Part shown: positions 1-12,120 of the stretch, piece after piece
How positions within the stretch are numbered: the stretch's first letter is position 1
Layout of the letters: every line of letters starts with the position of its first letter
Assembly (NCBI GenBank): GCA_027923505.1
Contig: BROI01000002.1
Location: forward strand, 1,612,001-1,676,000
DNA length: 64,000 nt
Direction of reading: 5' to 3'
Source: Mayamaea pseudoterrestris
Lineage: Eukaryota
Notes under the pieces: model-generated
Database searches by the model: none
Told to the model about the DNA's origin: nothing
The model's input: the letters and a program-made list of their open reading frames with translations, nothing else
Program-made: the position numbers and the translations under genes

Positions 1-876
1 CTCCTGCTTCCATGTCATCATCCTCATCAAGCTTGGGCGCCAAGAAGAATCGAACATGTCCATTGTCTCCAATACCATACTCAACAACAATTGGCATTTC
101 CGCACTCATACTCAAGGTAACAACGCTCGACAATGGACTCGCCTTGGTGAAAAAGTTCAAGTATCGAAGCGCAAAGTTAAGTTCCGCCGGTTCCTCCATG
201 TCAATCACGACGCGGTCCTCCTCCTTCTCGGGCGCCGCGTTGGCGCGCAGCAAAATGTTACCAGTTCCAATCGCTCCAGTCACACCGAACTTGATGCCTT
301 CCTTGGAAATCTTGATGGTGCAAGTGTCGCCAAAGACTTGAAGGTCGCGAATAATGCGCTGGAATTCGCGCGACGGCATGCGAACGCTGCAAGTGTACTG
401 CGCCTCGGGGATGGAAAGCTGCTCGCCGTCAATCATCATGAGGTTCAAGTCTGGCGAGAGAGTAATAAACAGACGAGCTCAATATGAGAATCGATTAACA
501 AATGAATAAGTCGCGTTCGCATTGATTACTCACCAAAATCAGCAATTGTCTTGGAGTCCGGACACTCAAACATAATCGTCAGCTTGTCTCCCTCATCCTC
601 CGCCTTTAGAATGACAGCATCATCCTTGTTCAGCATTTTCATAATCTTGGTCATGTTTTCACTATTGAATCCAAGCTGCAGGGCCTTATCGCAACGATAC
701 TGGTCAAAGGCCGAGCTGGAGAGACGAACGTCGACGAGGGCAACGTGCGCAGCGTCCATGCTTTGAATCTGCAAGTCCTCCTCCGTGACTTCAATGTTGG
801 CGTCTCGGACCAAGTCCTTGATGGCGTCCATGATTTGGCGCAAGACGACGCCGTCTACCAAACGAGCTTCAAACAT
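1..876 (-). CDS. PCNA: Proliferating cell nuclear antigen (DNA sliding clamp); stop codon lies just outside the window
   Basis: ATG at 876 gives MFEARLVDGVVLRQIMDAIKDLV...QSMDAAHVALV. GTGAGT..CAG intron at 533-451. Exon 2 reads DLNLMMIDGEQLSIPE...GHVRFFLAPKLDEDDDME, the PCNA C-terminus, and runs off the edge at ~264 aa. Confidence 0.97.
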
Positions 877-959
877 GGTGATTAGATTTATAGGTGGAGT
901 GAATGTGAAAGAGGCAGCTTTGCAATGGAAGGATTGCGCAAGTTGTGGCTGCCGAACGA

Positions 960-1005
960 AGCGCGGCATGGCGCGACGGCGCGGCAAATGCATGGCGCGC
1001 CATTC
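960..1005 (-). promoter_or_regulatory. Putative E2F-type sites upstream of PCNA
   Basis: TTTGCCGC on the minus strand (981-988) fits the E2F consensus TTTSSCGC. Palindromic TGGCGCGCCA at 993-1002 and further GGCGCG copies lie ~100 bp upstream of the ATG. Function is inferred. Confidence 0.45.
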
Positions 1006-1354
1006 GCATTGGCAATGTCCGGCCGGCGCGCAGCTGAAACGGATGAGACTTTAGCTAACATTCGCCGTGAACAACATATATTTGTAGTTGACAACTGAAA
1101 GCAAGTAAGGGCAAATTGTTTGCTCCAAGACTCCAATGAGGCATTGAATGAGGAACTGATCAAATCCGTATCATATTGCAGTCATAGCTCACTAGCCCGT
1201 TGTTTCGCTCACGCCTGATCCAGCGCTTTCACCACAGACATATCCTATCATGACTAACGTAGACTGTCTCTTGATTGCCAAGCAAGGTGACTTAAAGTAC
1301 AATGTTTAATTACTCCAGTAGAATAGATTTACACAATCGCAAGGAGCAGTGCGT

Positions 1355-2795
<1,441 letters not shown>

Positions 2796-3271
2796 GGTGG
2801 TGCGTGTGGGGTGCAAACAAGGATATCCGAGAAATGTGAGACGACGCCAAAAAAGGATTGGAACAAGCGCGAGTACGTCAGTGCGCAGCGCGCGTTGGTA
2901 CAAGCTCTACGCGAGGCTTACGTGTGACTTTGTTAGGGTTGAACTCGATATGGTTGGCTTGGAGGCAACACGTCACAATGGCCATTGCCTAATGTGGCCA
3001 ACGAGTCTCCCGTCAGCCGCAAGGTAGGTCTCTCGCCCAAAACGACGGCTGCCAAGGCAACCAAAGACATATTCTACGCTAGCTGAGTCAGGAGAGTGAT
3101 ACGTATGTCATTCAACTCTTTCCTTGTCATTTATATTATGGAGTAAACTTTAGCTATGGTAGTGTGATAAGGTCGTCCGTTTCCATTGCTCTAAGTCATA
3201 TTTTGTTTGCGTTCCAAAGCAGAGGGAAAGTTAATAGCGTAGCAATCAGTTGCTCGCAGTCACTCTTCTGT

Positions 3272-4909
3272 TTACATGCCCAAGTCCTTTTTGAGCCTTT
3301 CAAACTCCTCATCCACCTTGATTTCGCGAAGTCGCCTCATGTCACGTTGGTTTCGGCTCTCCGAATCAAAGCTTGCATCCTGGATGCGTCGATGCGGTGG
3401 AATGTCACTGAACGACGTTGTTTTTGGCTCGCTTCTTGGTGGTGAATTTGAGTTGAATGATGATGATGGTGGTCGCGATGATGTAGATGAAGTCGAGGTA
3501 TAGCTAGACGTTCTGGAGCTGCTCCTTGGCGCCGAAGACGGAGATGGCGCTTCTGTTCGACCATCAGTCGACGCTCTCCTTCTTCCACTGCTCCTTCGAC
3601 GTCCAGATGAACCAAAGGAATCGTCCTTCCAAGCATCGTCAGGATCCGAGTGCCGGCTAGTGGAGCGCGCTGATGATGCGGACGACGGATCAGTTGCGCC
3701 GCTTTGGCGACTGCTCCCCGCGCCAGAGCTGGCGCTACCGGAACTCGCACCGGCAGCTTGATCCCAAGTTCCGGTACTACTAGTACTCGCCTGACCAGAT
3801 CGAGATCTCGCTCGTCTATCATCTTGTCCACTGACAATCATTTCCTTGTAGCGCGACTGCAGCTGCAGCAAGCGCGCGCGAGACTTTTTCAAATAGCCTT
3901 GTACAATGGTTTCCCGCGCCGAAAGTTCCTCCAGTCGCTCCTCCAGTTCCATGCGTTCCATGTACTTTGTTGCCACGTTCAAATCGGCCTGCGCCGTCAT
4001 GCGATCGTTTTGAATGTTGCGCCGCTTGGCGGCCAGCTGATTTACCACTAGCTCCGTGTCCTCCATTTCGTGACCAATCTGCGGCAGCGTTCCCGTCTGC
4101 AGCAAGATGTTGAGTTCCACGTCATTACTCTTGCTGTTGCCACCAATGCCACCGAAACTGCCTTCACTCGTCGATTTCTCCAAAAAGTCAATCAAGTCGT
4201 TCACGACGTTGTAACTCTTGACCGAGGCGCCCGACACAACGTCGCGAAAGATGGAGCCAAACGAGTCGCCGCCCGCGTCGTATTTGGCGTCATTTGGCAT
4301 GTAGTCGTTCCAGTCGACGGATGGACGTGACGAATATGATGCATATGATGATGTACCGGATGATGCTGTTGTTGCTGTTCCACTTCGTCGATGGGGAGGT
4401 GTCCATCCGGCGCTGCTGCTGCTGCTGCTGCTGCTTCCACTGCTACTCTTGCCACTATTTGACGCCGCCGCTGTCTTTTTGTCGCCATTTCCTTTTCCGT
4501 TCAACTGTTGGTAGGCCCAGTTGATGCGGGCGAAGCGATCCGACGCCACTTTTTTATCGGTGGACACTGCCACGTCTGGATGGTATTTGAGCGCCATGCG
4601 CTTGTAGGCCCGCTTGATTTCCGTTTGGTCGGTCGTCGGATGCGACAAACCCAATATTAAAAAGGGATCGGATGAAGTGTCAACAATCAGAGTAGTGGGG
4701 TCATTGCTATTGTTGCTGAATGATGATGATGAAGCGTAAACGAACGTGACTATTCTTGGTGAGTGAGTTGATTGTCGTCGGAAGAAGGCAGTTGGTGGAG
4801 GTTTCCGCCTGGCGGCGAGCGGCCTTGTCCATGCATGTATCGACGACGCCGCCAGCAATATACAGCAGCAGGCAGTTATCTTTCGCTTCGTATGTCTCAT
4901 GTTAAGCAT
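3272..4909 (-). CDS. DnaJ (J-domain) protein with coiled coil, probably plastid-targeted
   Basis: Hydrophobic signal ending ASSIHA-W, then an S/R-rich transit-like stretch. J-domain DPFLILGL...EIKRAYKRMALKYHPD...FARINWAYQQL with intact HPD. Central coiled coil and Ser-rich linkers. Confidence 0.85.
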   Translation of the reverse strand: MLNMRHTKRKITACCCILLAASSIHAWTRPLAARRKPPPTAFFRRQSTHSPRIVTFVYASSSSFSNNSNDPTTLIVDTSSDPFLILGLSHPTTDQTEIKRAYKRMALKYHPDVAVSTDKKVASDRFARINWAYQQLNGKGNGDKKTAAASNSGKSSSGSSSSSSSSAGWTPPHRRSGTATTASSGTSSYASYSSRPSVDWNDYMPNDAKYDAGGDSFGSIFRDVVSGASVKSYNVVNDLIDFLEKSTSEGSFGGIGGNSKSNDVELNILLQTGTLPQIGHEMEDTELVVNQLAAKRRNIQNDRMTAQADLNVATKYMERMELEERLEELSARETIVQGYLKKSRARLLQLQSRYKEMIVSGQDDRRARSRSGQASTSSTGTWDQAAGASSGSASSGAGSSRQSGATDPSSASSARSTSRHSDPDDAWKDDSFGSSGRRRSSGRRRASTDGRTEAPSPSSAPRSSSRTSSYTSTSSTSSRPPSSSFNSNSPPRSEPKTTSFSDIPPHRRIQDASFDSESRNQRDMRRLREIKVDEEFERLKKDLGM

Positions 4910-5280
4910 GTTAGCTGAATTTTTGGTGGGTTGATCATGCCCACATGGTTTGATTTGCTTGTTGGCGTGTCGCGATTCCTTGTCGTTCGAAACAATAAGT
5001 CAGTCGTGATGCGACTACAACGTATGTCGCAACGGTTCCAGACCCCGACTCGATTGGCTCGTGGCATCCGTTGAAAATGATTAAAGGGTGACCTGCTGGC
5101 GTGAAAGGGCTTAAGTATCGATTCCTTTCTGACGTTTTCAGTGACGCTCGGGCGCGCCGATTCGAGGCCGATCACCAGCGAGATGCATGAGCAACTTGTT
5201 TTCTGCAGCCACTTGAAACTATTGTAAACATCCGCGAATACTCTTTCATACAATCTAACAGCAAATATCAATCAAATATC

Positions 5281-6083
5281 ATGCCGAGCCATACCGGAAC
5301 CTTTACCCCCGTCCAGCATCGCAGCGGAACCTTGCGCGATCGTTTGCACAGCTACACGAAACGAACGCTTGGCGCTGGCGGCAGCATGAATGAAGCGGTG
5401 CGTGTCTATTGTGAATAAAGTATATGATGCAATCAAATGATTGCATTTAAAAAACAAATGTAAAGTGCTTGCTTGCTCACACTTCATCAATTCTGACTCC
5501 TGACTATCAACTGCAGGTCCGTTTACCACCAGGCGAATCATGCGCCGCCTGGGTGGCGGTTCATGCGATTGACTTTTACAACGACGTTAGCACCATTTGG
5601 GCCGTCATGTCGACCGATCCCTACTTGAGTAGCTTTCGACCCGGCGACGGCTTTCCATCCGGCGTCGAGTATCGATGGAGCGAGACTCCCGGAAGTGAAG
5701 CACTGAGTGTTTCCGCACCAGTCTACATTGACAAGGTGCTCGATTGGATCGCTGCGCAAATGAACGACGAATCCAAATTTCCGGACGATGACGATGAAGT
5801 CAAGGCGCTGCGCGTCTTTCAGACGCCCCAGTTTGCCGCACTCTGCGGCCAAGTGTTTCGACGGCTCTTTCGCGTCTACGGAATCATTTACTCGAGCTTT
5901 TTTGGAACGCTCGAGGCGCTGGAAATGGCGCCGCATCTAAACTCGTGCTTCAAACATTTCATGTTTTTTTGCACCGAGTTTGGGTTGCTGCCGGAGCGAG
6001 AGATTGAACCGTTGGAGGTGTTGGTCAAGCCGATTCGGAAGCAGTACTACCAGGCGAAGCAGCCGCAGACAGTGGCGAGATAA
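5281..6083 (+). CDS. MOB1: MOB kinase activator (Mob1/phocein family), 2 exons
   Basis: Exon 1 5281-5397 (MPSHTGTFTPVQHRSG...TKRTLGAGGSMNEA), intron 5398-5516. Exon 2 reads VRLPPGES...WVAVHAIDFYN...EYRW...SAPVYID...IFRRLFRVY-like VFRRLFRVY...HLNSCFKHF...EIEPL. Confidence 0.92.
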
Positions 6084-6524
6084 TAAGGAATGAGGAAGTA
6101 TTGCTGCGAGCGATTTTTGTGCAACAGCACGGCTGCATTCTATAATGTAGCGAATGTACGAGGACGAAGCGCCATTGTACGACTGTTGCATGCAATGACA
6201 TGAAGCGAGCATCAAATAAAATGAGGCTGGTTAATTTATCTAGAAGATTATAATATACCTTACAAGAAAATAGGACTTGTCTACATTACCTTGTTGCAGC
6301 TCCTTCCTCTGCAACTCTTTTTTGATTATCTTCGTTGCATTTTTGTTCAGTCAGGAGGGAAAATGGCGTACGAAAAGGCAGAATTTGCCATGCATTAAAT
6401 TCCTTGTCTCAAGTATCACTGATGCATGAAGTGAAGTACTGAGTAATGATGTCAATGTTTAAACTATAGATATGTATGAATTATATTAAACTTTCCGCGC
6501 GTATTGAATGGTACATAAGCTCCA

Positions 6525-7329
6525 TCACTCGAATACATAACCCGACACGGCATGCCCCATGTGCGTCTTCCACGGATCCGACGCTTCCTCAAACACCAAC
6601 CGCGGCTTGCCGCCAGCCGCCGCCACCACCAGCAGCGGCAGCAAGTGCTCCTCCTTTGGATGCGACAATCGACCGCCCGGTGCCTTACTCCATTCCTTGA
6701 ATCGATCCAACGCTTGCTCGTGCGAATGCTGCAACAATGTTTCCTTGAGCCAGTCGTCAAAGTCCCGACTCGCCTTGATACTTTCCTCGGTTGGATGACG
6801 ATAGGCGGGTAGATTGTGAAAGGAGTAGCCCGAACCAATGATCAAGGTTCCGTTTTCGCGCAGCGACCCTAATGCTTGGCCCATCCTTAAGTGTTGTTCG
6901 GCGTCCATGCTGGCATGGAGTGACACGCAAACCACTGGAATATTTGCCTCCGGAAACATGATCATGAGTGGAATAAAGACTCCATGGTCGAATCCACGCT
7001 CTGAATCAAGTTCACTGTCAAGTCCAGCTTGCGTCAAGAGTGATTGAATCCGAGAGGCAAGCTGCGGATCGCCGGGAGCCGGATATTTGTATTCATACGT
7101 TTCGGGAGAGAAATCCGTAGTAGTCGTAGAGCATGGTTGGCTTGGCAGCGGACGTAATCTTGATGGGATCTGACTCCCAGTGCGCTGAAACGACGACAAT
7201 GCTGCTTGGTTTGTCTTCAACGAAGAATTGCTGGCTCAAGTCCTTCATGTGGTTCACCAGAGATGGCTGGGCTCCCAGTAGAGGCATTGGCCCACCACCA
7301 TGATTTAGAAAGATGCTTGGAAATCTCAT
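6525..7329 (-). CDS. LigB/DODA-type extradiol ring-cleavage dioxygenase with a 1-nt frameshift near 7110 (possible pseudogene or sequence error)
   Basis: One frame gives MRFPSIFLNHGGGP...VVSAHWE...YDYYGF. A second frame continues PETYEYKYPAPG...RGFDHGVFIPL...IIGSGYSFHN...HPKEEHLLPL. There is no room for an intron between them. Confidence 0.85.
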
Positions 7330-7573
7330 TGTTTTAAATAGATGTATGGTTGTTGTCGTTGCTTTAATTGTGGGAGGAAAGATCGCTTGACGCTCTCATG
7401 GTCAAGCGATTCAAGTTGTTCTGCGAATGGCGCGCCAGAATCATTTCGAACTTCTCATTCTCGATCGCATAGAAGCACGGGTAGCTAATCGTGAGCACTT
7501 GCCATATAGCCTATCATGTATGTCACTTTTAACTACTAGGTAGCTCTTGTGATAACTTTACACCATTGCCTAT

Positions 7574-8068
7574 TTACTCTAACGAATGTTCATCTGAATA
7601 ATCCCATCCAGCTTGCGTGGCTGGAAAATGATTGACAAACTTGGTTGCCGTTCGCGGCGCGGCCATCATGTCCGCGACGACGTCGCGCCATTTCATATAG
7701 TGTGCCGTCTCCTTGTGAGCCTTGGCGGCTCGATTGTTTTCAATAGTACCCTCTTCACTAGACGTCTGATAGACTTCGATGAGGCAAAACTTGGTTGGAT
7801 CGGTTGCATCCTGCAAAACGTCGAATCGAGCAATGCCAGGTTCCAACGCCGACTGTCGCGCATTCTCCAATGTAGCCAGGCGAAACGATTCCTCCGTTCC
7901 TGGTTTGCAGGTGACATGGACGTGGACTGGGTGGTAATCATGAAATGCAAAGCGTGAGAGGCGTGAGGGCGAAGGGTCATGATTTCAACCAGCAGCAACC
8001 ATTTTGCGCTCTTTCGCACGGAAATGCTACGCACCACAGAGATACTTGGCAGAAGAAGAGGACGACAT
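7574..8068 (-). CDS. Antibiotic-biosynthesis-monooxygenase (ABM)/LsrG-like protein, 2 exons
   Basis: Exon 1 8068-8035, intron 8034-7927 (GTGCGT..CAG). Spliced product [64 protein letters not shown]...[23 protein letters not shown] shows the ABM pattern. Confidence 0.88.
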
Positions 8069-8542
8069 GGCTCTGGCCTGAAAATGTAAGAAGAATGTGC
8101 GTTAAATGACGTCGAGATGAAACTACAAAGCATTTTTGTCGAATCTGTCGTCGATGCTCCCTGCCTGCCATCACTCGTCACCCTTAGATTCGTCGCTTCG
8201 ACTCACCAGAAACAACGGGGCATTAACTGGAACAACCGCTAGTCTCCTTGACAGTGAAGAAACCCGACAAGCCCCATGACTCCACAAGCAGCGTCCCAGC
8301 ATGTTGACGAAGAAGAAGTGAGGATCGGATGATTGGAAAACATAGACATGGATCGTGACAAGATAATGGAAGCGTGACTGAAAAGACAGTCTGGCAGTCG
8401 TGCGGCGCGAACGTTCGCCCTCACTTCTTCGGCACATCAGTGACGCCGTCGATTGGCATCGCTCAAAATGACTTGACGATTGACGGAACTTAGACAGTTC
8501 ATGATGCCCATGTATTCTATATAGCAGCCAAGCAAAGCCAAG

Positions 8543-9619
8543 ATGAACCGCCAAGTAACTCTACTTCTATACTGCTGCAGCGTCTTGTCTTGTCAAAGCG
8601 TGCTTTCCATCCCACAAATTCAACGCATTGACGATGCTGCTGCTGCGAGGAGACTAGGGAGCATCGTTGGATCCATTTCTCGGTCGGATCCTTCATCGCC
8701 ATTTGCATCGACAGAGAATGATACAAACGTTGCAGTCATTGCGACGCGAATAGTGTTGGAGGGTGACGCAGACGATGCTGCTGGCTCCCAACCGATCCAG
8801 CAAGATGATCCAACGGACGCTATATATGAAGAACTACAAGAACAAGCCCGATTGAAACGCCAGCAACGACGCGACACTACCTTCATCGTAATGCTAGCCG
8901 CACTATGCGGAAGCATGGATGGTCTATTTATGCACCACTACCAGGTGTACGCCAACATGATGACGGGCAACGTCATGAAATTTGCCGCGGCGCTGGCGAA
9001 CGCGCAATGGAACGACGCTTGTAAGTTTAGCTCCATGATTGCGTTTTATACAGTTGGATGCAGCATATGGCGAGTCATTCGAGATGGAAAAGAAACAACG
9101 GTGAATAAAGATTTACAATCAGCTGTTGCTGCTGCTACTCGTGCGCCATCCAGCGACGACAAGACGCAAAAGCTCCGCCGCATCGTTCCAACCACGTTTA
9201 CACTCTTTGCGCTTGCCGACGTCTTGTCGCATGCCGATTCACGACTCTTTCTTCCAATCATGGCCACGGCCTTTGGCCTCGTCAACACGGCCACGGTCGA
9301 ATGCATTGGCGTGGTGACCAACGCGGCGACTGGGCACGTGAGCAAGATTGGAGTAGGCTTGGGCGGCTACTTAATTGTTGGAGCTCATGGAAACGTTCCG
9401 TCACAAAACGTTGGCTACTTGGCAACCTTTGCAACGTCCATGTTGCTGACCACCAAGCTGTATCAATGGACGATACACAGCAACAATGTTTTGCCCTGGA
9501 TGAGACTGCAAAAGATGTTGCCTCCCCTTGGCAGTACTCTTGGTCTTTTGTACGCGGGCGCCCTACTTTGGTACACGAAACCGGCGAAGGCAATGCCTGA
9601 CGACCGAGTATATAGATAG
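8543..9619 (+). CDS. DUF1275/YoaK-family multi-pass membrane protein
   Basis: Several hydrophobic helices and the two pseudo-repeated family motifs GSMDG...YANMMTGN and FGLVN...TNAATGH. N-terminal signal-like stretch. Confidence 0.75.
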   Translation: MNRQVTLLLYCCSVLSCQSVLSIPQIQRIDDAAAARRLGSIVGSISRSDPSSPFASTENDTNVAVIATRIVLEGDADDAAGSQPIQQDDPTDAIYEELQEQARLKRQQRRDTTFIVMLAALCGSMDGLFMHHYQVYANMMTGNVMKFAAALANAQWNDACKFSSMIAFYTVGCSIWRVIRDGKETTVNKDLQSAVAAATRAPSSDDKTQKLRRIVPTTFTLFALADVLSHADSRLFLPIMATAFGLVNTATVECIGVVTNAATGHVSKIGVGLGGYLIVGAHGNVPSQNVGYLATFATSMLLTTKLYQWTIHSNNVLPWMRLQKMLPPLGSTLGLLYAGALLWYTKPAKAMPDDRVYR

Positions 9620-10074
9620 AGTAAACCTGCCATTGACGCAGAATAGATTGCATAGAAGTTAAGATTTGCTTTGTACAAGTAGAATGCCCACGCTGCGCAA
9701 GGAATCGGCTCTCCATTCACTATCAAGCTCACTTTCTATTGTGAAGCGGGATATACCACAGCTGCTTCTATAAGAAACTATAGCACTCTTCAGATTAAGA
9801 GACAAAGGAAGCAACATGAAATGCATCTCCAAATCTGTGAGTGCGTTGCAAGATCTTCGTGGTGCCGTCGGCGCACCGCCAGCCAATGGGATTGCTTCAT
9901 TCGTCGCGCCGCGCGCTTCAACGCACGCGAGGCGGCGCGGCGACACAATTTCGAAGGAGAAACGCACAACTTGTGCAACTCTCGAACGACGACAAGCATC
10001 CACGACGAAGCAAGTAAACCGACTTGATCAAAGGCATTAATCCCACTTACCTATAAAATATAAATCGACTGAGC

Positions 10075-12076
10075 ATGATGCGATTGTTTTTAATCTTGTT
10101 CCTCGCTTGTCCACTGCAAGCGAGCAGCGACAGCAGTCACAGCTTCATCAGTCCACTCGAGGAATTGATGGCATCGACGCAACCTCGCAAGCTACACGTT
10201 CGTAGGGGTAGAAGTGATCAAAACAGTCAAACGATTCTAGTAACTCCCGAGAATGTACAATGGCGACGAAGAAGACGAAGCTTACAAAATTATGGTACGT
10301 CGAACCGGAACCATCCGCTCATTATAATTCGACAATGGTTAAACTCATCAAACGCATCATCCTCGAACAACTTTAGAATTTTCAAGTGATATTGAGCGAA
10401 GACTCGAAGGTGGGGAGGAAGACAGAGACGAAGGCGATCCAGAGGATGGAGCTGATGTTACTCACCGAACCTGGGGCCAAGCATCCGGCAATCAACAGGG
10501 AGGCTATCAAGCGAGCGGTTACCATAATGGGTATACAAAAGGCAGCTACAATGCGTCAATCTACAACCAAGAAAATGCTGGCCCGACGGGAGATCACACT
10601 TACCTTGGATGCCTCGGTCTCAGCAACTATGAGCTCGAGCATGAATGGAAGTTCTCCGGCGAGGCGCCCAAATGCAGCTACGTTCATCACGCTCGCAAAA
10701 GAAAGAGATCAAAGGATGCCGATCAGGCAAACGCTCTAGCATCTAATGCAACCTGCGAAAAAAGTGGTTGGTTCTCATCCTGTAGTCAAAAGAAAGGAAA
10801 CAATACGTCATGGTCGACGTTCTATAAGAATCACTTTTCCGGTTCAAGCAAATCAGCAAACACAACCAACTCTACTGCCAACGAAGCAACTAGTCAGTAT
10901 AGTAATGGTGACGTAGACGAAGCTCCCGATCAGGAGGAAGGTGAAGGTAACGAGGACCAAGAGGAAGAAATGGAAGAAAATGGAAGCGAAGACGAAGAAG
11001 AAGAGGATGATCAGGGTGATGATGATACAGTTCTGACGAACGAAAACTATGAGAACGTAAATGGTGATGATTTTGTTTACAACCAGTCTTCGGTTACAAG
11101 CGCAGTTAAAGGTACATCGTCAAAGTGGTGGAGCAAATGGGGACAAAAGAACCAGACGTTGACAAATGCCACAAACGTTACAAGCGATGGATCTGATGTC
11201 GTACAAGCGGATGCAGCTGAAGTTGACGAAGCGGAAGACGAGCCAGAGGAGGAAGGTCAGGAGGAGGCGGATGAATACGATCCGTACGACGACTTTGATT
11301 TGGAGCAGTGCGACTCATATGAAAATCTTTGGCTGTGGGACTTGTCCTTGACTTGCAAAAATACAAAATCACTTGACGCATGTGAATGTTCGTATGCCGA
11401 AGAACTCTTGTTCGAGGGTACAATATCATGTGAAGACTTTAGTCGCTGCCCAAGCGATTGCGCCGTCTGTCGGACATGCTTCCAACTCATGGGATGCGTC
11501 AAGAGCTATCACGACACAAGCTCCACGAGCCCAGGCGGATTTGCTGGCATGCTTGTTGGCGCAGGTGTGTTTGTGGTGGTAGGCGGTATCGGCTATTGTT
11601 GTATGATGCGACGAAAGCGAGATGGTTCAAGTGAGCTTGGAGCCCATTTGATGTGGCGTGAGGTGGAGTCCAAGGGCGAATCAGACACGGACTCAAACGA
11701 TTCCGGAGCATGGGCTCCTCCAAAAACAATACTAGCGGGTACAGCCGACAATCTTCCTCTTTTCGACGACTATTATAAGAGCATGGACGAGGGTGAGGCT
11801 AGTCAGCCGCAGATGCGACCAGCGCAGCACCGGAAAGCAGCGATTCCAGGTCGCTCGGCGATACAACTTACAGATCGTGGGGAGACTGACACCATTGAAG
11901 ATGTTGCAACGACCAGCGTCGCTGATGTTGAGAACAGTTCTACCGACAATAGTGATGACTGTTCAGAGGTATCTGATTACGATTCGACCGTTGATGGTTC
12001 AACTGTACTATCTGCCGATGAAACTGGCGCCCAAAAGATATGGCTCGCCCCAGTCGACGTCAAACTAGACCAGTAA
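10075..12076 (+). CDS. Uncharacterised single-pass type-I membrane protein (signal peptide, RXL sites, acidic region, Cys-rich domain), 2 exons
   Basis: Exon 1 10075-10294 (MMRLFLILFLACPLQASS...). Intron 10295-10376 (GTACGT..TTTAG) joins it in frame to an open frame 10377-12076 that includes track ORF 10970-12076. TM helix GMLVGAGVFVVVGGIGYCCM is followed by RRKR. Confidence 0.75.
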
Positions 12077-12120
12077 AAGGGGCGATAAACCTAGCAGTAT
12101 TTATATTTACAGTAAGGCTT

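Noticed and set aside
10386..10739. 117-aa track ORF as an independent gene
   Set aside because: It is an alternative frame inside exon 2 of the 10075-12076 gene.
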